Positions 18,327 to 27,382 of a stretch of DNA of 64,000 nt are shown in pieces. A program made the position numbers and the translations under genes. The DNA is from Candidatus Kerfeldbacteria bacterium (GTDB lineage Bacteria; Patescibacteriota; Patescibacteriia; SBBC01; CAIJZX01): positions 1,655-65,654 of the forward strand of contig CAIJZX010000014.1 in NCBI GenBank assembly GCA_903825245.1, read 5' to 3'. The notes under the pieces were generated by a model. The model was not told the origin of the DNA. It searched no databases and saw only the letters and a program-made list of their open reading frames with translations. The stretch's first letter is position 1, and each line of letters opens with the position of its first letter.

Positions 18327-19094
18327 CTATTCTACAACACGTACTGTTTCTGTTTCAGCTAATACTTTTTTTAAAAAATGCCCCAGCTGACTACCGGAAC
18401 CGGTGGCCAGGTACTGACGCGTCACCGGTTCATCATTTCTTGCGTCACCATTCATGCGCTGGAGTTGCCGCGCAATCGCCTCGCCCGAATCCAGGACCGC
18501 CGCCGCATTACCGGCATAGTGTTGTATGAGTGATCGTAAAAATGGATAGTGCGTACAGCCTAAGATATACACATCGACACCCTGCCTCGCCAGCGGTTCG
18601 ATCACATCACGCACCGCGGCGTCTGCTTCGGCATCATTGATGTGCCCCTGTTCAACAAGCTCAACCCAACCCGAACACGCTTGATCGAGAACCGATACTC
18701 CGTCGGCAAACTCGTGTTTCAATTCGGCGTACGCCGGCGATGCTAATGTCCGCGCCGTGGCTAACACGGCGATTTTCTTGTTTTGTGATACGGCAACTGC
18801 CGGCTTTATCGCCGGCACAACGCCGATAAATTGGATGAATGGGAATTGTTCACGTAAAAACGTAAGCGCCGTGGTTGATGCCGTGTTACAAGCGACGACA
18901 ATTACCTGCGGTTTGTATGCCAGTAAATGCTGAATAGCGGTTAGAGCAAATTGTTGAACGTCGGCTTCGCTCTTCGTACCATACGGGAAATTTTTTGTAT
19001 CGGCAAGATAGACCGTCGAAACCAATGGCAAAATCCGTCGCACGTCAGCCTCGACACTTAACCCACCGACGCCGGAATCAAAGATGCCGATCAT
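18327..19094 (-). CDS. murI: Glutamate racemase
   Basis: MIGIFDSGVGGLSV at the N-terminus, the VACNTAS motif and GCTHYP, the two catalytic-Cys motifs of MurI. Confidence 0.9.
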   Translation of the reverse strand: MIGIFDSGVGGLSVEADVRRILPLVSTVYLADTKNFPYGTKSEADVQQFALTAIQHLLAYKPQVIVVACNTASTTALTFLREQFPFIQFIGVVPAIKPAVAVSQNKKIAVLATARTLASPAYAELKHEFADGVSVLDQACSGWVELVEQGHINDAEADAAVRDVIEPLARQGVDVYILGCTHYPFLRSLIQHYAGNAAAVLDSGEAIARQLQRMNGDARNDEPVTRQYLATGSGSQLGHFLKKVLAETETVRVVE

Positions 19095-19098
19095 GGTA

Positions 19099-20439
19099 TT
19101 ACCCGCGAATGAGCTTCAATAATTCTTCGCGCCGCTGTACCATTTCTTCTTTGGTCTTTGCTTCAACCGTCAAACGTAATAATGGTTCAGTATTCGACGG
19201 CCGAGCGTTAAACCACCAGGTTGGATATTCGACAGTGATGCCATCAATTTCATCGCGGATTGCGGCGCCGTAGACAGCTTTGATTTTCGCTAGCGTTGCT
19301 TGCACGTCGTCAACTTTTGAATTTACTTCTGCGTCATGGGCATAGACATCAATTTCCTTCACGAGTTCCGATAGCGGCTTTTCTTGGCTAGCCAAGAAAT
19401 CGAGACCGACAACCATCGCGTCTAATCCGGAATCGGCAAAGTAATGATCGCGGAAGAAGAAGTGGCCGGAAATTTCTCCGCCGAACGGCGCATTGTTCTC
19501 GCGCATCGCGGGCTTCATATGCGCATGACCGACAGCTGATCGAATCGGCCGACCACCCGCTTTGGTAATTTCTTCCGGCACCATGTGCGAGCAAATTAAG
19601 TTATAGACGATGGCCGAACCGGGATACAGTGTTAGAAATTGCTTAGCTAATAGCGTTAGCAATACGTCACCGAAAATACGCTCACCACGTTCATCAGTAA
19701 AAAACATGCGGTCGGCATCAGCATCAAATGCAACGCCAACGTCGGCCTTAGCCGCCAACACTGCCGCTTTCAAACCATCAAGTGCTCCCGGCGCTAACGG
19801 ATTTGGATTGCGACCGGGAAATGTACCATCCGGTACCGTGTTAATAGCTGACCACTCGAATGGCAATCGCGCCATGACATCGTTCAGAAATCGCGTTACC
19901 GTTCCGTTGCCCGGATCGACAACAACGCGTATCGGTCGTCCGGTAGAGGGCTGGTGAAAAGATAAAACTTGGTTCAGATAATCAGGTGTAATATCAAAGG
20001 TTTCAAGTTTTCCTTCTTGGTCGGCGACGTGCTCAAATTGCTCGCTACTTACTAATTCTCCTAGCGCGGTGTTTTCTTTCCCCACAATGGGAATGGCTCG
20101 GTCGCGAGTAAACTTAATGCCGTTCCATTCGGGCGGATTATGTGATGCGGTTACCATAGCGCCACCATCGTATCCGTATTTTCCTACGGCAAAATATAAC
20201 GCATCTGACGTGACGACGCCGATATCGGTGACATCAACACCCATACTCCGAATGCCGCGGATAACCGCTGCCTGGAATTCCGGTCCTGAAACGCGAACGT
20301 CACGACCTATAACGACACGCTTAGGCTTTAAAAACGTGACATAGGCTTTTCCAATCATTTCGGCGACTTCCGTGTTAAGGTTTTGCCCCCAAATACCGCG
20401 AATATCGTACGTTTTGAAGATGGATTTGTCGACTTGCAT
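19099..20439 (-). CDS. Alpha-D-phosphohexomutase (phosphoglucomutase/phosphomannomutase or GlmM-like)
   Basis: Phosphoserine loop TASHNPPEWNG, sugar-binding GGEISGH and metal-binding DADADR. Confidence 0.85.
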   Translation of the reverse strand: MQVDKSIFKTYDIRGIWGQNLNTEVAEMIGKAYVTFLKPKRVVIGRDVRVSGPEFQAAVIRGIRSMGVDVTDIGVVTSDALYFAVGKYGYDGGAMVTASHNPPEWNGIKFTRDRAIPIVGKENTALGELVSSEQFEHVADQEGKLETFDITPDYLNQVLSFHQPSTGRPIRVVVDPGNGTVTRFLNDVMARLPFEWSAINTVPDGTFPGRNPNPLAPGALDGLKAAVLAAKADVGVAFDADADRMFFTDERGERIFGDVLLTLLAKQFLTLYPGSAIVYNLICSHMVPEEITKAGGRPIRSAVGHAHMKPAMRENNAPFGGEISGHFFFRDHYFADSGLDAMVVGLDFLASQEKPLSELVKEIDVYAHDAEVNSKVDDVQATLAKIKAVYGAAIRDEIDGITVEYPTWWFNARPSNTEPLLRLTVEAKTKEEMVQRREELLKLIRG

Positions 20440-20608
20440 GGCGAATTCGGACAGTCAATAAGTAGAGGCAGTGTACCGTATTTCCGCCACATCGGAAAGT
20501 TGACCCAGCACCACAATGACTAAAGTTCTGCCCCAGTTCGATTCTATATTATCTCGTAGATAGATATAAAATTCAGGCAAAACAACAATCAATCATTGTG
20601 GTGCTAGG

Positions 20609-20637
20609 TTGAACGGTGAGGAATAAAATGGTATAAT
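20609..20637 (+). promoter_or_regulatory. Consensus promoter TTGAAC-N17-TATAAT (extended -10 TGgTATAAT) ending 6 nt before the lgt ATG, implying a leaderless mRNA
   Basis: Hexamers at 20609-20614 and 20632-20637, lgt ATG at 20644, and no SD. Confidence 0.5.
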
Positions 20638-20643
20638 TCGCAC

Positions 20644-21450
20644 ATGTTTCTTCATACCTGGCATCCACACCCGCTCGCCGCCACGATCGCCAATATCCAA
20701 CTCCACTGGTACGGTGTTCTCTTAGCCGTCGCTGCTTTGGCCGGGATTGGTATGATGGAATGGCTAGGGAAAAAATACCGACTTGATACCAATCGTTTAT
20801 TTGATTTGGCGCTTATCACCCTCGTGGTCGGGTTCATTGGGGCGCGACTGTATCACGTCTTAAACGAACTGACATACTATCAGACCCATTTATCCGATAT
20901 TTTCAAAGTCTGGAATGGTGGCTTAGCGCTTCATGGGGGCATTGTTGCTGGTGGCGCGGCTTTATTCTTTTTCGCGCGACGTTGGAAGTGGAATCCGTGG
21001 TTGATTGCTGATATTACAGTCCCGGCACTAGCGATCGGGCAAGCAATCGGCCGCTGGGGAAATTATTTCAATCAGGAGCTGTTCGGTAAACCAACCTCAC
21101 TGCCGTGGGGAATTCCGATTGATCTCATGAACCGCCAATCGCCATTCTTGACCGAACAGTTTTTCCATCCGACATTTTTGTACGAATCGCTTGGCCTATT
21201 AATCATCACCGTCGGATTGTTCTTGATGCATCGACGCCAGTGGACAACAAAAGGTGTGAAAGCGGGAACGATAACCCTCGCCTACATTATTTCATACTCA
21301 GCATTGCGAATGGCGACAGAATTTTTACGCATCGATCGCACGCCGATCATCGGCGGTATTCGTTTACCAATCCTCGTCAGCGGCCTCTTTATTCTCGCCG
21401 CAATTGTCATCCTTGTTATCCGCAATCGCCACCATGCAAAAACTGTTTGA
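20644..21450 (+). CDS. lgt: Prolipoprotein diacylglyceryl transferase
   Basis: LHWYG, GARLYHV and the GGLALHGG signature. Multi-TM, 268 aa. Confidence 0.9.
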   Translation: MFLHTWHPHPLAATIANIQLHWYGVLLAVAALAGIGMMEWLGKKYRLDTNRLFDLALITLVVGFIGARLYHVLNELTYYQTHLSDIFKVWNGGLALHGGIVAGGAALFFFARRWKWNPWLIADITVPALAIGQAIGRWGNYFNQELFGKPTSLPWGIPIDLMNRQSPFLTEQFFHPTFLYESLGLLIITVGLFLMHRRQWTTKGVKAGTITLAYIISYSALRMATEFLRIDRTPIIGGIRLPILVSGLFILAAIVILVIRNRHHAKTV

Positions 21451-22669
21451 TTCGGAGCTTCAACCGTTTATCGACGCCGAACTTCGCCGCCAGCGTGACG
21501 GTTTAGAAATGATCGCCTCGGAGAATTATGTTTCCGAAGCTGTTTTGGCCGCACTTGGCAGTATTACCACCAATAAATACGCCGAAGGCTATCCGGGAAA
21601 ACGGTACTACGGTGGTTGTGAAAATATCGATGGCATTGAACAGTTGGCGATTGATCGCGCCAAAAAACTTTTCGGCGCCGAACATGTTAACGTTCAACCG
21701 CTCTCCGGCGCGCCGGCAAACATCGCCGTTTATTCGGCGCTGTTGCAGCCTGGCGACACAGTACTTGGTATGGATCTTAGCCACGGTGGCCACCTAACGC
21801 ACGGTCATCCGATAACGTGGATGGCTAAACTGTACAATTTTATTCGATACAAAACAGATTTATCGACCGGACTCATCGATTTCGATCAGGTTCGACAACT
21901 TGCTCAAGAGCACAAACCAAAGCTCATCCTCGTCGGCTACTCCGCTTACTCGCGAGCTATTGATTTCCAAAAATTTAAAGATATTGCCGATGAAATTGGC
22001 GCGCTGACTATGGCCGATGTCGCCCACATTGCCGGATTAATCGCCGCGGGACAAATGGATAATCCGGTGCCGCTGTTTGACGTTGTCACGACCACCACCC
22101 ACAAAACACTCCGCGGTCCGCGCGGCGGCATGATTATGGCCAAACAACAACACGCCGCAGTCATCGATAAAGCAGTCTTCCCCGGCTTCCAGGGCGGTCC
22201 GCACGAAAATAATATTATGGCCAAGGCCGTGGCTTTTTATGAAGCGCTCCAGCCGGAGTTCAGGAACTACGCCATCACCATCATGAAGAATGCGAAGGTG
22301 TTGGAAAACATTTTTCGCGACGCCGGGATTCGCATCTGTTTCAACCAGACCGACAATCACCTACTGCTCTTAGATGTCACCTCGATCGGTCTCAGCGGCA
22401 AGCAAGCGCAAGAACTGCTCGATAGCGTTGGCATCACCGTCAATAAAAACATGATTCCCGACGATCCGCGAAAACCGATGGATCCGTCTGGCATTCGCCT
22501 CGGTACTCCGGCACTCACCACGCGCGGATTCACTCCGACCGACATGCAACGCGTCGGCGTGACCATGGTCTCCGTCCTGAAAGCACCCAGCGACACCAAA
22601 GTTGCGGATACCGCGCGAGCAACCATCCAGGAGCTGACCTCCGCTCATCCGCTCTATCCGCATCTGTAA
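21434..22669 (+). CDS. glyA: Serine hydroxymethyltransferase
   Basis: SENYVSEAVLAALGSITTNKYAEGYPGKRYYGG and the PLP-lysine motif TTTHKTLRGPRGG. The ATG at 21434 overlaps the lgt stop by 17 nt. Confidence 0.92.
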   Translation: MQKLFDSELQPFIDAELRRQRDGLEMIASENYVSEAVLAALGSITTNKYAEGYPGKRYYGGCENIDGIEQLAIDRAKKLFGAEHVNVQPLSGAPANIAVYSALLQPGDTVLGMDLSHGGHLTHGHPITWMAKLYNFIRYKTDLSTGLIDFDQVRQLAQEHKPKLILVGYSAYSRAIDFQKFKDIADEIGALTMADVAHIAGLIAAGQMDNPVPLFDVVTTTTHKTLRGPRGGMIMAKQQHAAVIDKAVFPGFQGGPHENNIMAKAVAFYEALQPEFRNYAITIMKNAKVLENIFRDAGIRICFNQTDNHLLLLDVTSIGLSGKQAQELLDSVGITVNKNMIPDDPRKPMDPSGIRLGTPALTTRGFTPTDMQRVGVTMVSVLKAPSDTKVADTARATIQELTSAHPLYPHL

Positions 22670-22672
22670 TCC

Positions 22673-23479
22673 ATGATCGCTCAACGTCTCGATGGCCGGC
22701 GTGAAGCTGACCGAATTCTTAAACAATTGACGGCTGCCGTGCGACGCGCGCGGCGGCCGATAACATTAGCCACAATTCTTGTCGGCAATCGTTTTGATTC
22801 CGCGTTGTACGTTAAATTAAAACGTCAGGCCGCCGCGCGCGTCGGCATCAATACGGAATACATTCACCTGCCGGAAACGACATCACAAGCGCGACTAGAA
22901 AAAATTATTACCGAACTCAATCGCCGAAAAACTATTCACGGCATTTTGTTGCAATTACCTCTACCGAAACACTTAGATGCTGATGCCGCGATTGCCGTCA
23001 TGGATCCGAAAAAAGATGCTGACGGTTTTCATCAGCGTAATACCTATATCGTGCCACCGCCGGTCGCGGCTGTTTTGCGGCTCATTGCTTTGGGAAAACC
23101 AAAACCGAACAGCTTGGCCACTATTATTGCCAAACCGTCCGTCTTCACCACGCGACTCGCCCATGAATTGGAACAATTACACTACAGCGCAATAATTTTA
23201 CCGCCACATCGATTAATGCGTACCATCACGGCTAAAAGCGATGTTCTCGTAACGGCGCTCGGCGAAGGCTCATTCGTTCTTCCGACAGATGTGAAATCGG
23301 GAGCGATCATTGTTGATGTTGGCATCCGGAAACATGACCTCAAAACTGTCGGCGACGTTACACCGTCGGTTTGGAAAAAGGCCAGCGCGATCAGTCCCGT
23401 TCCAGGCGGCGTCGGTCCGATGACGATTGCGTTTTTACTCTGGAACACGTATCAACTTGCTCGACGCAAAACCGCATAA
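22673..23479 (+). CDS. folD: Bifunctional methylenetetrahydrofolate dehydrogenase/cyclohydrolase
   Basis: GILLQLPLPKHLD and PVPGGVGPMTIAFLLWNT, the conserved FolD motifs. Confidence 0.9.
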   Translation: MIAQRLDGRREADRILKQLTAAVRRARRPITLATILVGNRFDSALYVKLKRQAAARVGINTEYIHLPETTSQARLEKIITELNRRKTIHGILLQLPLPKHLDADAAIAVMDPKKDADGFHQRNTYIVPPPVAAVLRLIALGKPKPNSLATIIAKPSVFTTRLAHELEQLHYSAIILPPHRLMRTITAKSDVLVTALGEGSFVLPTDVKSGAIIVDVGIRKHDLKTVGDVTPSVWKKASAISPVPGGVGPMTIAFLLWNTYQLARRKTA

Positions 23480-23583
23480 GTCCACACTCCTTAGGTGTTT
23501 CCGTACGTGTTCCTGTCTACATGACAAATCGTTAGTACCCGAAGTTATAATGAACAGCAAAACTACGGTTAGGATACATTCCA

Positions 23584-23612
23584 TTGACTCCCTAAAACAG
23601 AAAACCTATACT
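23584..23612 (+). promoter_or_regulatory. Candidate promoter TTGACT-N17-TATACT
   Basis: Hexamers at 23584-23589 and 23607-23612, about 32 nt upstream of the small ORF at 23645. Confidence 0.45.
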
Positions 23613-23644
23613 AGTAATAGATTGTATATACTCACATTACTATC

Positions 23645-23881
23645 ATGGGAATTGAAAATCCAGAAAGCGGATTAGAAGACAAGGGTTTGTGGTTTAATCC
23701 AGAACGCATATTTGAAATGTGGGAATTCAAAGGTTTGCCCGACCATCCTGAGATAACAGAGGCTGAAGCTAAGGACCATGTGACCAAATATATAACCGTC
23801 GGTGATAATGAATATGCCAGCGACGATGATTTGCGTAAGTTTGGGTTTGAGCGTAGAGAAACCCCGACAGAAACGGCATAA
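23645..23881 (+). CDS. Hypothetical acidic 78-aa protein
   Basis: An ORF with a promoter upstream and no SD, in the host style. No recognisable family. Confidence 0.4.
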   Translation: MGIENPESGLEDKGLWFNPERIFEMWEFKGLPDHPEITEAEAKDHVTKYITVGDNEYASDDDLRKFGFERRETPTETA

Positions 23882-23912
23882 GAAAAAAGTCGCGTCCAGC
23901 AGATACGCGACT
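23882..23912 (-). terminator. Terminator (hairpin AGTCGCGT...ACGCGACT followed by T6 on the - strand) for the 23915..24499 gene
   Basis: An 8-bp perfect stem immediately 3' of the - strand stop codon, with an A-run on the + strand equal to a T-run on the - strand. Confidence 0.5.
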
Positions 23913-23914
23913 AG

Positions 23915-24499
23915 TTAGGGTGCCGGACTTTTTGCCATCAGCAGGAAATTGTTGACGATCGTTTTATCGAACGGCACATCAACGATCACCAGGAGATTCC
24001 CCTGACTATCGGGAATTCCATGAATGACTACCTTGACATTGGTCGGCCAACGCTGTTCGCCGATTTGCGTGAGGGTTATCCGTACGCCGTTTTCCCTTTG
24101 AAAAGGGTGACCGTGACTATCAAGCACCTGGAACGCAATGGTCATCGCATGGTGGGTAATAAATCCAGGTATCCACGTCATCCGATGAACCGCAACGGAA
24201 TCAATCGGGAAGCGCGTCAGCAAAAAATGTTCTTCGTCTGACACATACTTGTCGTTCGACTCCGAATGGAGAACCATGGTGGCCCAATATTCCGGCAACC
24301 ACTCGTGTTTACCGAATTGCTTGAGCACCAACTCGACGGTACCGTCCGAAGATTGCAACGCTTTCCCCGACTGGTCGGTGATAATAACACCGATTGTGGT
24401 CGGCACCATTTTGATACGGTGCGCCTTGTGTGCCGAAACCGGTGATACGAAGATTATTAGGCCGCAGAACAACGCGGCCACGAACATCGTGCAACGCAT
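23915..24499 (-). CDS. Secreted hypothetical protein (start chosen at MRCTMFVAALFCGLIIFVSPVSA; the longest ORF reaches 24571)
   Basis: A signal-peptide-like N-terminus. The ATG at 24497-24499 is preceded by GGAGG at a 6-nt spacing. Confidence 0.5.
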   Translation of the reverse strand: MRCTMFVAALFCGLIIFVSPVSAHKAHRIKMVPTTIGVIITDQSGKALQSSDGTVELVLKQFGKHEWLPEYWATMVLHSESNDKYVSDEEHFLLTRFPIDSVAVHRMTWIPGFITHHAMTIAFQVLDSHGHPFQRENGVRITLTQIGEQRWPTNVKVVIHGIPDSQGNLLVIVDVPFDKTIVNNFLLMAKSPAP

Positions 24500-24587
24500 T
24501 GTCTGCCTCCGCTGGTGAAAGGAACAGTACTTCGATGGGCGCATCCTATCCGTCTCTGAGCAGAAAGTCAAATAAAAACGCGGGTCG

Positions 24588-24986
24588 TTAGGCGACTCGC
24601 GTGGTGGGTTCCGAAACGGTGATCAGTGCGGCCAGCGAACTGGCCAGAGTATAGTTGTCGGGGATCCCCAGGATGATGTACGCACTTCGTGCCAGATCAG
24701 CATACTGCCAAACAGCACTTTCGTCGCCGTTCAGAAGTGCCAAGTAGGCACGATCATTAGCGAGCAACAATTCGTAGCGATACCCGCTAATGGTTGCCAG
24801 ATGCCGTTCGTGGATCTCCCTCAAGAGCCTCATCATGATCAGCAGCCGATCCATGGTTCCTCCGTCGTGGAGGTTGAGGGTTGAAGAATACCGGTGAACC
24901 AAGGTGCGGAAATGACCTCCTTTGGTAGTGAAAATCACGACCAAAAACAATACTCCTACGCTACTCCCGAGTTGATTTCGCGTCAA
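24588..24986 (-). CDS. Hypothetical protein (a doubtful gene)
   Basis: The only ORF filling a 418-bp gap. It has no SD or recognisable motif, and its start would overlap the divergent promoter at 24972-25000. Confidence 0.25.
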   Translation of the reverse strand: MTRNQLGSSVGVLFLVVIFTTKGGHFRTLVHRYSSTLNLHDGGTMDRLLIMMRLLREIHERHLATISGYRYELLLANDRAYLALLNGDESAVWQYADLARSAYIILGIPDNYTLASSLAALITVSEPTTRVA

Positions 24987-25000
24987 GAGCGTGGTAGTAT
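24972..25000 (+). promoter_or_regulatory. Candidate promoter TTGATT-N17-TAGTAT (extended TG) giving a leaderless IMPase mRNA
   Basis: The -10 hexamer ends at 25000 and the ATG is at 25009. The longest-ORF start (GTG at 24991) lies inside the promoter. Confidence 0.45.
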
Positions 25001-25008
25001 CGTGGCCT

Positions 25009-25809
25009 ATGACGTTTGGTGAATTTATCGAGAAAAATCTGCTCGTTGTTGGAGAATTAAGCCGCGCAAAATTCGGAAAAGTTTCCTCAACGGTAAAAAC
25101 AGAAGATACTAATCAAGTGCTGACCGAGACTGATCTAGAGATTGGGACAGTATTATTGACTGCGATCTCCGCTTCCTATCCCAACCATAATACTATCGAT
25201 GAAGAGACTGGCAGCATCAATCGTGAGTCGGAATACACATGGGTGGTTGACCCGATTGATGGAACAAGTAATTTTGCGAATGGCATCCCGATGTACGGTA
25301 CGTTATTGGGCTTGTTGTATAAAGACGAGCCGGTGGCGGGCGGTATGATTCTTCCATTTTTCAACGACCTATATGTAGCTGAACGCGGCACAGGCACGTT
25401 GCATAATGGTACAAAAACCCACGTTACAGCAGAAAATAAATTGATAAACGTTTTAGTGGGGTACGGAATTGATAGCCACAAAAATGAAGCTGAAAAAACT
25501 CAGGAAGAAATGCAGACCCTTGGAAGGATTATTGATAAGATTCGGAATCTTCGCACTAGTAACAGCGTTTTTGATGCGGCCATGGTCATAGATGGGCGCT
25601 ATGGTGCGTTCCTTAATCGCAATAGTAAAATTTGGGATAACATTGCTCAGCATATTCTCATTGAAGAGGCCGGCGGTGTCTATACCGATTTTTTCGGGCA
25701 TCCAATGAATTATCAAAATGCATTGAATCGAATACCTGAAAACTTTACCTGGTGCGCTGGTGCCCCTGATATTCATAAACAGTTGCAACACATTATTCAT
25801 TCACAGTAA
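25009..25809 (+). CDS. Inositol monophosphatase family protein (SuhB/IMPase-like)
   Basis: WVVDPIDGTSNFANGIP, the IMPase metal-binding motif, and a downstream GG..TDF region. Confidence 0.8.
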   Translation: MTFGEFIEKNLLVVGELSRAKFGKVSSTVKTEDTNQVLTETDLEIGTVLLTAISASYPNHNTIDEETGSINRESEYTWVVDPIDGTSNFANGIPMYGTLLGLLYKDEPVAGGMILPFFNDLYVAERGTGTLHNGTKTHVTAENKLINVLVGYGIDSHKNEAEKTQEEMQTLGRIIDKIRNLRTSNSVFDAAMVIDGRYGAFLNRNSKIWDNIAQHILIEEAGGVYTDFFGHPMNYQNALNRIPENFTWCAGAPDIHKQLQHIIHSQ

Positions 25810-25811
25810 TT

Positions 25812-26891
25812 ATGTCCTTCCAAATCGGAATTGTCGGCCTCCCGAACGTCGGAAAATCTTCCCTCTTTCAAGTCCTGACGAAGAAACAAGTTGATACATC
25901 TAACTATCCGTTCGCGACAATCGATCCAAACGTGGGCGTCGTGGCCGTACCTGACGAACGACTTGATGTTCTGACGAAAATGGAACATTCGGCCAAGACC
26001 ATCGCCACCACCATTGAATTCGTCGACATTGCCGGATTGGTGAAAAACGCACACAAAGGAGAAGGACTCGGCAATAAGTTTCTCGCCAATATTCGTGAAG
26101 TGGACGCTATAGCTGAGGTTGTCCGTGCGTTTGAAGATGATAATGTCATCCACGTCGCCGGAAAGGTTGATCCGGCCTCGGACACGGCCACGATTGACAT
26201 CGAATTAGCTATGGCTGACTTGAGCACCGTTGAAAAACGCGTTGATGCCCTCTCGAAACAGAAGAAGGCCGGGTTGAATAAGCAACAAGAACTTGAACTC
26301 GGATTGATGGAAAAAATTCAGGCACATCTCGCCGACGGTAAACCAGTTCGAGATTTTGCCATGACTGACGACGATAAATTGCTCATCAAATCATACAATC
26401 TGCTGACCAGTAAACCCTTACTCTACATTCTCAACGTCAGTGAAGCGCAAGTTGCCACCGCTAACCCGGAAACCTACGGCTTACCGGTAGATCGTACGGT
26501 TGTCATCGCGGTGAAAGTTGAGCAGGAGCTGGCAGGATTAAGTGCCGAGGATACAACGGCGTATTTGAAAGAACTCGGACTCAGTGCCTCCGGTCTCGAC
26601 CGACTTATCCAAGCCGCCTACCGTGCCCTCGGGCTCATCACCTTCCTCACCACCGGCGCCGATGAAACGCGCGCTTGGACAACGACCATCGGTACACCGG
26701 CACCAAAGGCGGCGGCAGTTATTCACACCGATTTTGAAAAGCACTTTATCCGAGCAGAGATTGTATCCTACGCCGACCTTGTAGCCGCCGGATCATGGGA
26801 AGCGACAAAAGCTTCGGGGAAGCTCCGGATTGAAGGAAAAACCTATATTGTCCAAGACGGCGACGTCGTTTTCTTCCGAGTTAACGTATAG
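25812..26891 (+). CDS. ychF: Ribosome-binding ATPase YchF
   Basis: G1 motif GIVGLPNVGKSS, followed by NYPFATIDPNVGVV, a coiled-coil insert and a C-terminal TGS domain. Confidence 0.9.
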   Translation: MSFQIGIVGLPNVGKSSLFQVLTKKQVDTSNYPFATIDPNVGVVAVPDERLDVLTKMEHSAKTIATTIEFVDIAGLVKNAHKGEGLGNKFLANIREVDAIAEVVRAFEDDNVIHVAGKVDPASDTATIDIELAMADLSTVEKRVDALSKQKKAGLNKQQELELGLMEKIQAHLADGKPVRDFAMTDDDKLLIKSYNLLTSKPLLYILNVSEAQVATANPETYGLPVDRTVVIAVKVEQELAGLSAEDTTAYLKELGLSASGLDRLIQAAYRALGLITFLTTGADETRAWTTTIGTPAPKAAAVIHTDFEKHFIRAEIVSYADLVAAGSWEATKASGKLRIEGKTYIVQDGDVVFFRVNV

Positions 26892-26927
26892 AATTTTTCC
26901 GTCCACCGTCCAGGGCTTGACGCCGGA

Positions 26928-26956
26928 TTGTTGTTGGTGTCCCAGAGCGTTATACT
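26928..26956 (+). promoter_or_regulatory. Candidate promoter TTGTTG-N17-TATACT downstream of ychF
   Basis: Hexamers at 26928-26933 and 26951-26956. With the terminator at 27230-27254 it brackets a ~300-nt unit for which no convincing CDS was found. Confidence 0.35.
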
Positions 26957-27229
26957 GACAACAGATTTGCCCCTCACATGGGTTCTGCCAGCAGTCCCAC
27001 CCGATATGGAGGTTGTGTGGCTCGACGACGGCAACATCCACCCAGAACACAGCAGTCCAGGCATCACCAAACAACAGTTGACCAGCGCCGGAAAATCAAG
27101 GATTCGGCAAACACTCGTGCAAAACATTTGGGCACAGTGAACCGATGTTTAGTTAATACCAGTCGCGTTGCTCTAGCACTGTTGGCACTGACGCACCTTC
27201 AGTAGATCAACATGCGTCTTTCTTTCGTG

Positions 27230-27254
27230 CCAGTCTCGACGAGACTGGTTTTTA
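27230..27254 (+). terminator. Rho-independent terminator (CCAGTCT-CGACG-AGACTGG followed by TTTTT)
   Basis: A perfect 7-bp stem plus T5 on the + strand, 340 bp after the ychF stop. Nothing upstream of it was confidently annotated. Confidence 0.55.
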
Positions 27255-27293
27255 TTATACGTCATCTTTATCAGGCGAGAGAATCGTTAATTC

Positions 27294-27335
27294 GGCCCCC
27301 TCCTCAAGTGAGGAGGGGTAAGGGGAGGTGAAAAA
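27294..27335. repeat. GA-rich palindromic element GGCCCCCTCCTC-AAGT-GAGGAGGGGT-AAGGGGAGGTG
   Basis: Same family as the copy inside uvrC (5646-5680) and the extended copy at 32708-32803. This one is intergenic, between convergent genes. Confidence 0.7.
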
Positions 27336-27382
27336 TTTCTGTAACACAAAAAACTACTATCTTCGAGGAGAGACTCAACAGG

